64,000 nucleotides of DNA from Balanoglossus misakiensis (Eukaryota; Animalia; Hemichordata). The position numbers and the translations under genes were made by a program. The notes under the pieces were generated by a model that ran no database searches, was not told where the DNA came from, and saw only the letters and a program-made list of their open reading frames with translations. How positions within the stretch are numbered: the first letter of the stretch is position 1; the number at the start of each line of letters is the position of its first letter. The DNA lies in NCBI GenBank assembly GCA_040954595.2, contig CM082595.2:8414317-8478316 (forward strand), read 5' to 3'. Of the stretch, positions 63,825 to 64,000 are shown piece after piece.

Positions 63825-64000
63825 AAAAATTGTCATTTTGAGATGATGTTCATCAGCTATGACCAATGATTTTTTTCAAAAAATTGAAGAAATTTTGAAC
63901 TTTCGCAAAGTCGAAAAATTGTCATTTTTGGATGATTTGCATGAGCTATAACGCATGATTTTGTTCTTCAAAAATGTGAAGAAATATTGAACTTTCGCAA
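63825..64000 (+). repeat. ~89-bp satellite
   Basis: Same variant series as follows HINE-A at 3789 and 52208. Confidence 0.95.

Overview
Eukaryotic, repeat-saturated, heterochromatin-like DNA, probably from a marine invertebrate (inferred from the TE families only). No ordinary host gene was found. The backbone is an AT-rich ~89-bp satellite. Inserted into or beside it are Helentron/HINE-like elements carrying ~239-bp tandem repeats, solo LTRs, a Rex1/Babar-type LINE fragment, a Mag-type Gypsy, a degraded full-length L1/Tx1, a CR1-group LINE, two DIRS/Ngaro-type fragments, a Polinton/Maverick fragment and a young Gmr1-type Gypsy (PR-IN-RT-RH). Bases 1-12764 recur almost identically at 50375-61183. 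The most interesting object is a 5.1-kb DNA transposon (58604-63705; truncated copy 10185-12764). It has CACT(A/G) TIRs and a 3-bp TSD, and encodes a RAG1/Transib-like DDE transposase lacking the usual zinc ligands plus a convergent second gene of unknown type. It sits in the hairpin of a Crypton-like element, which sits in the hairpin of a HINE. All calls come from reading by eye; no searches were run.
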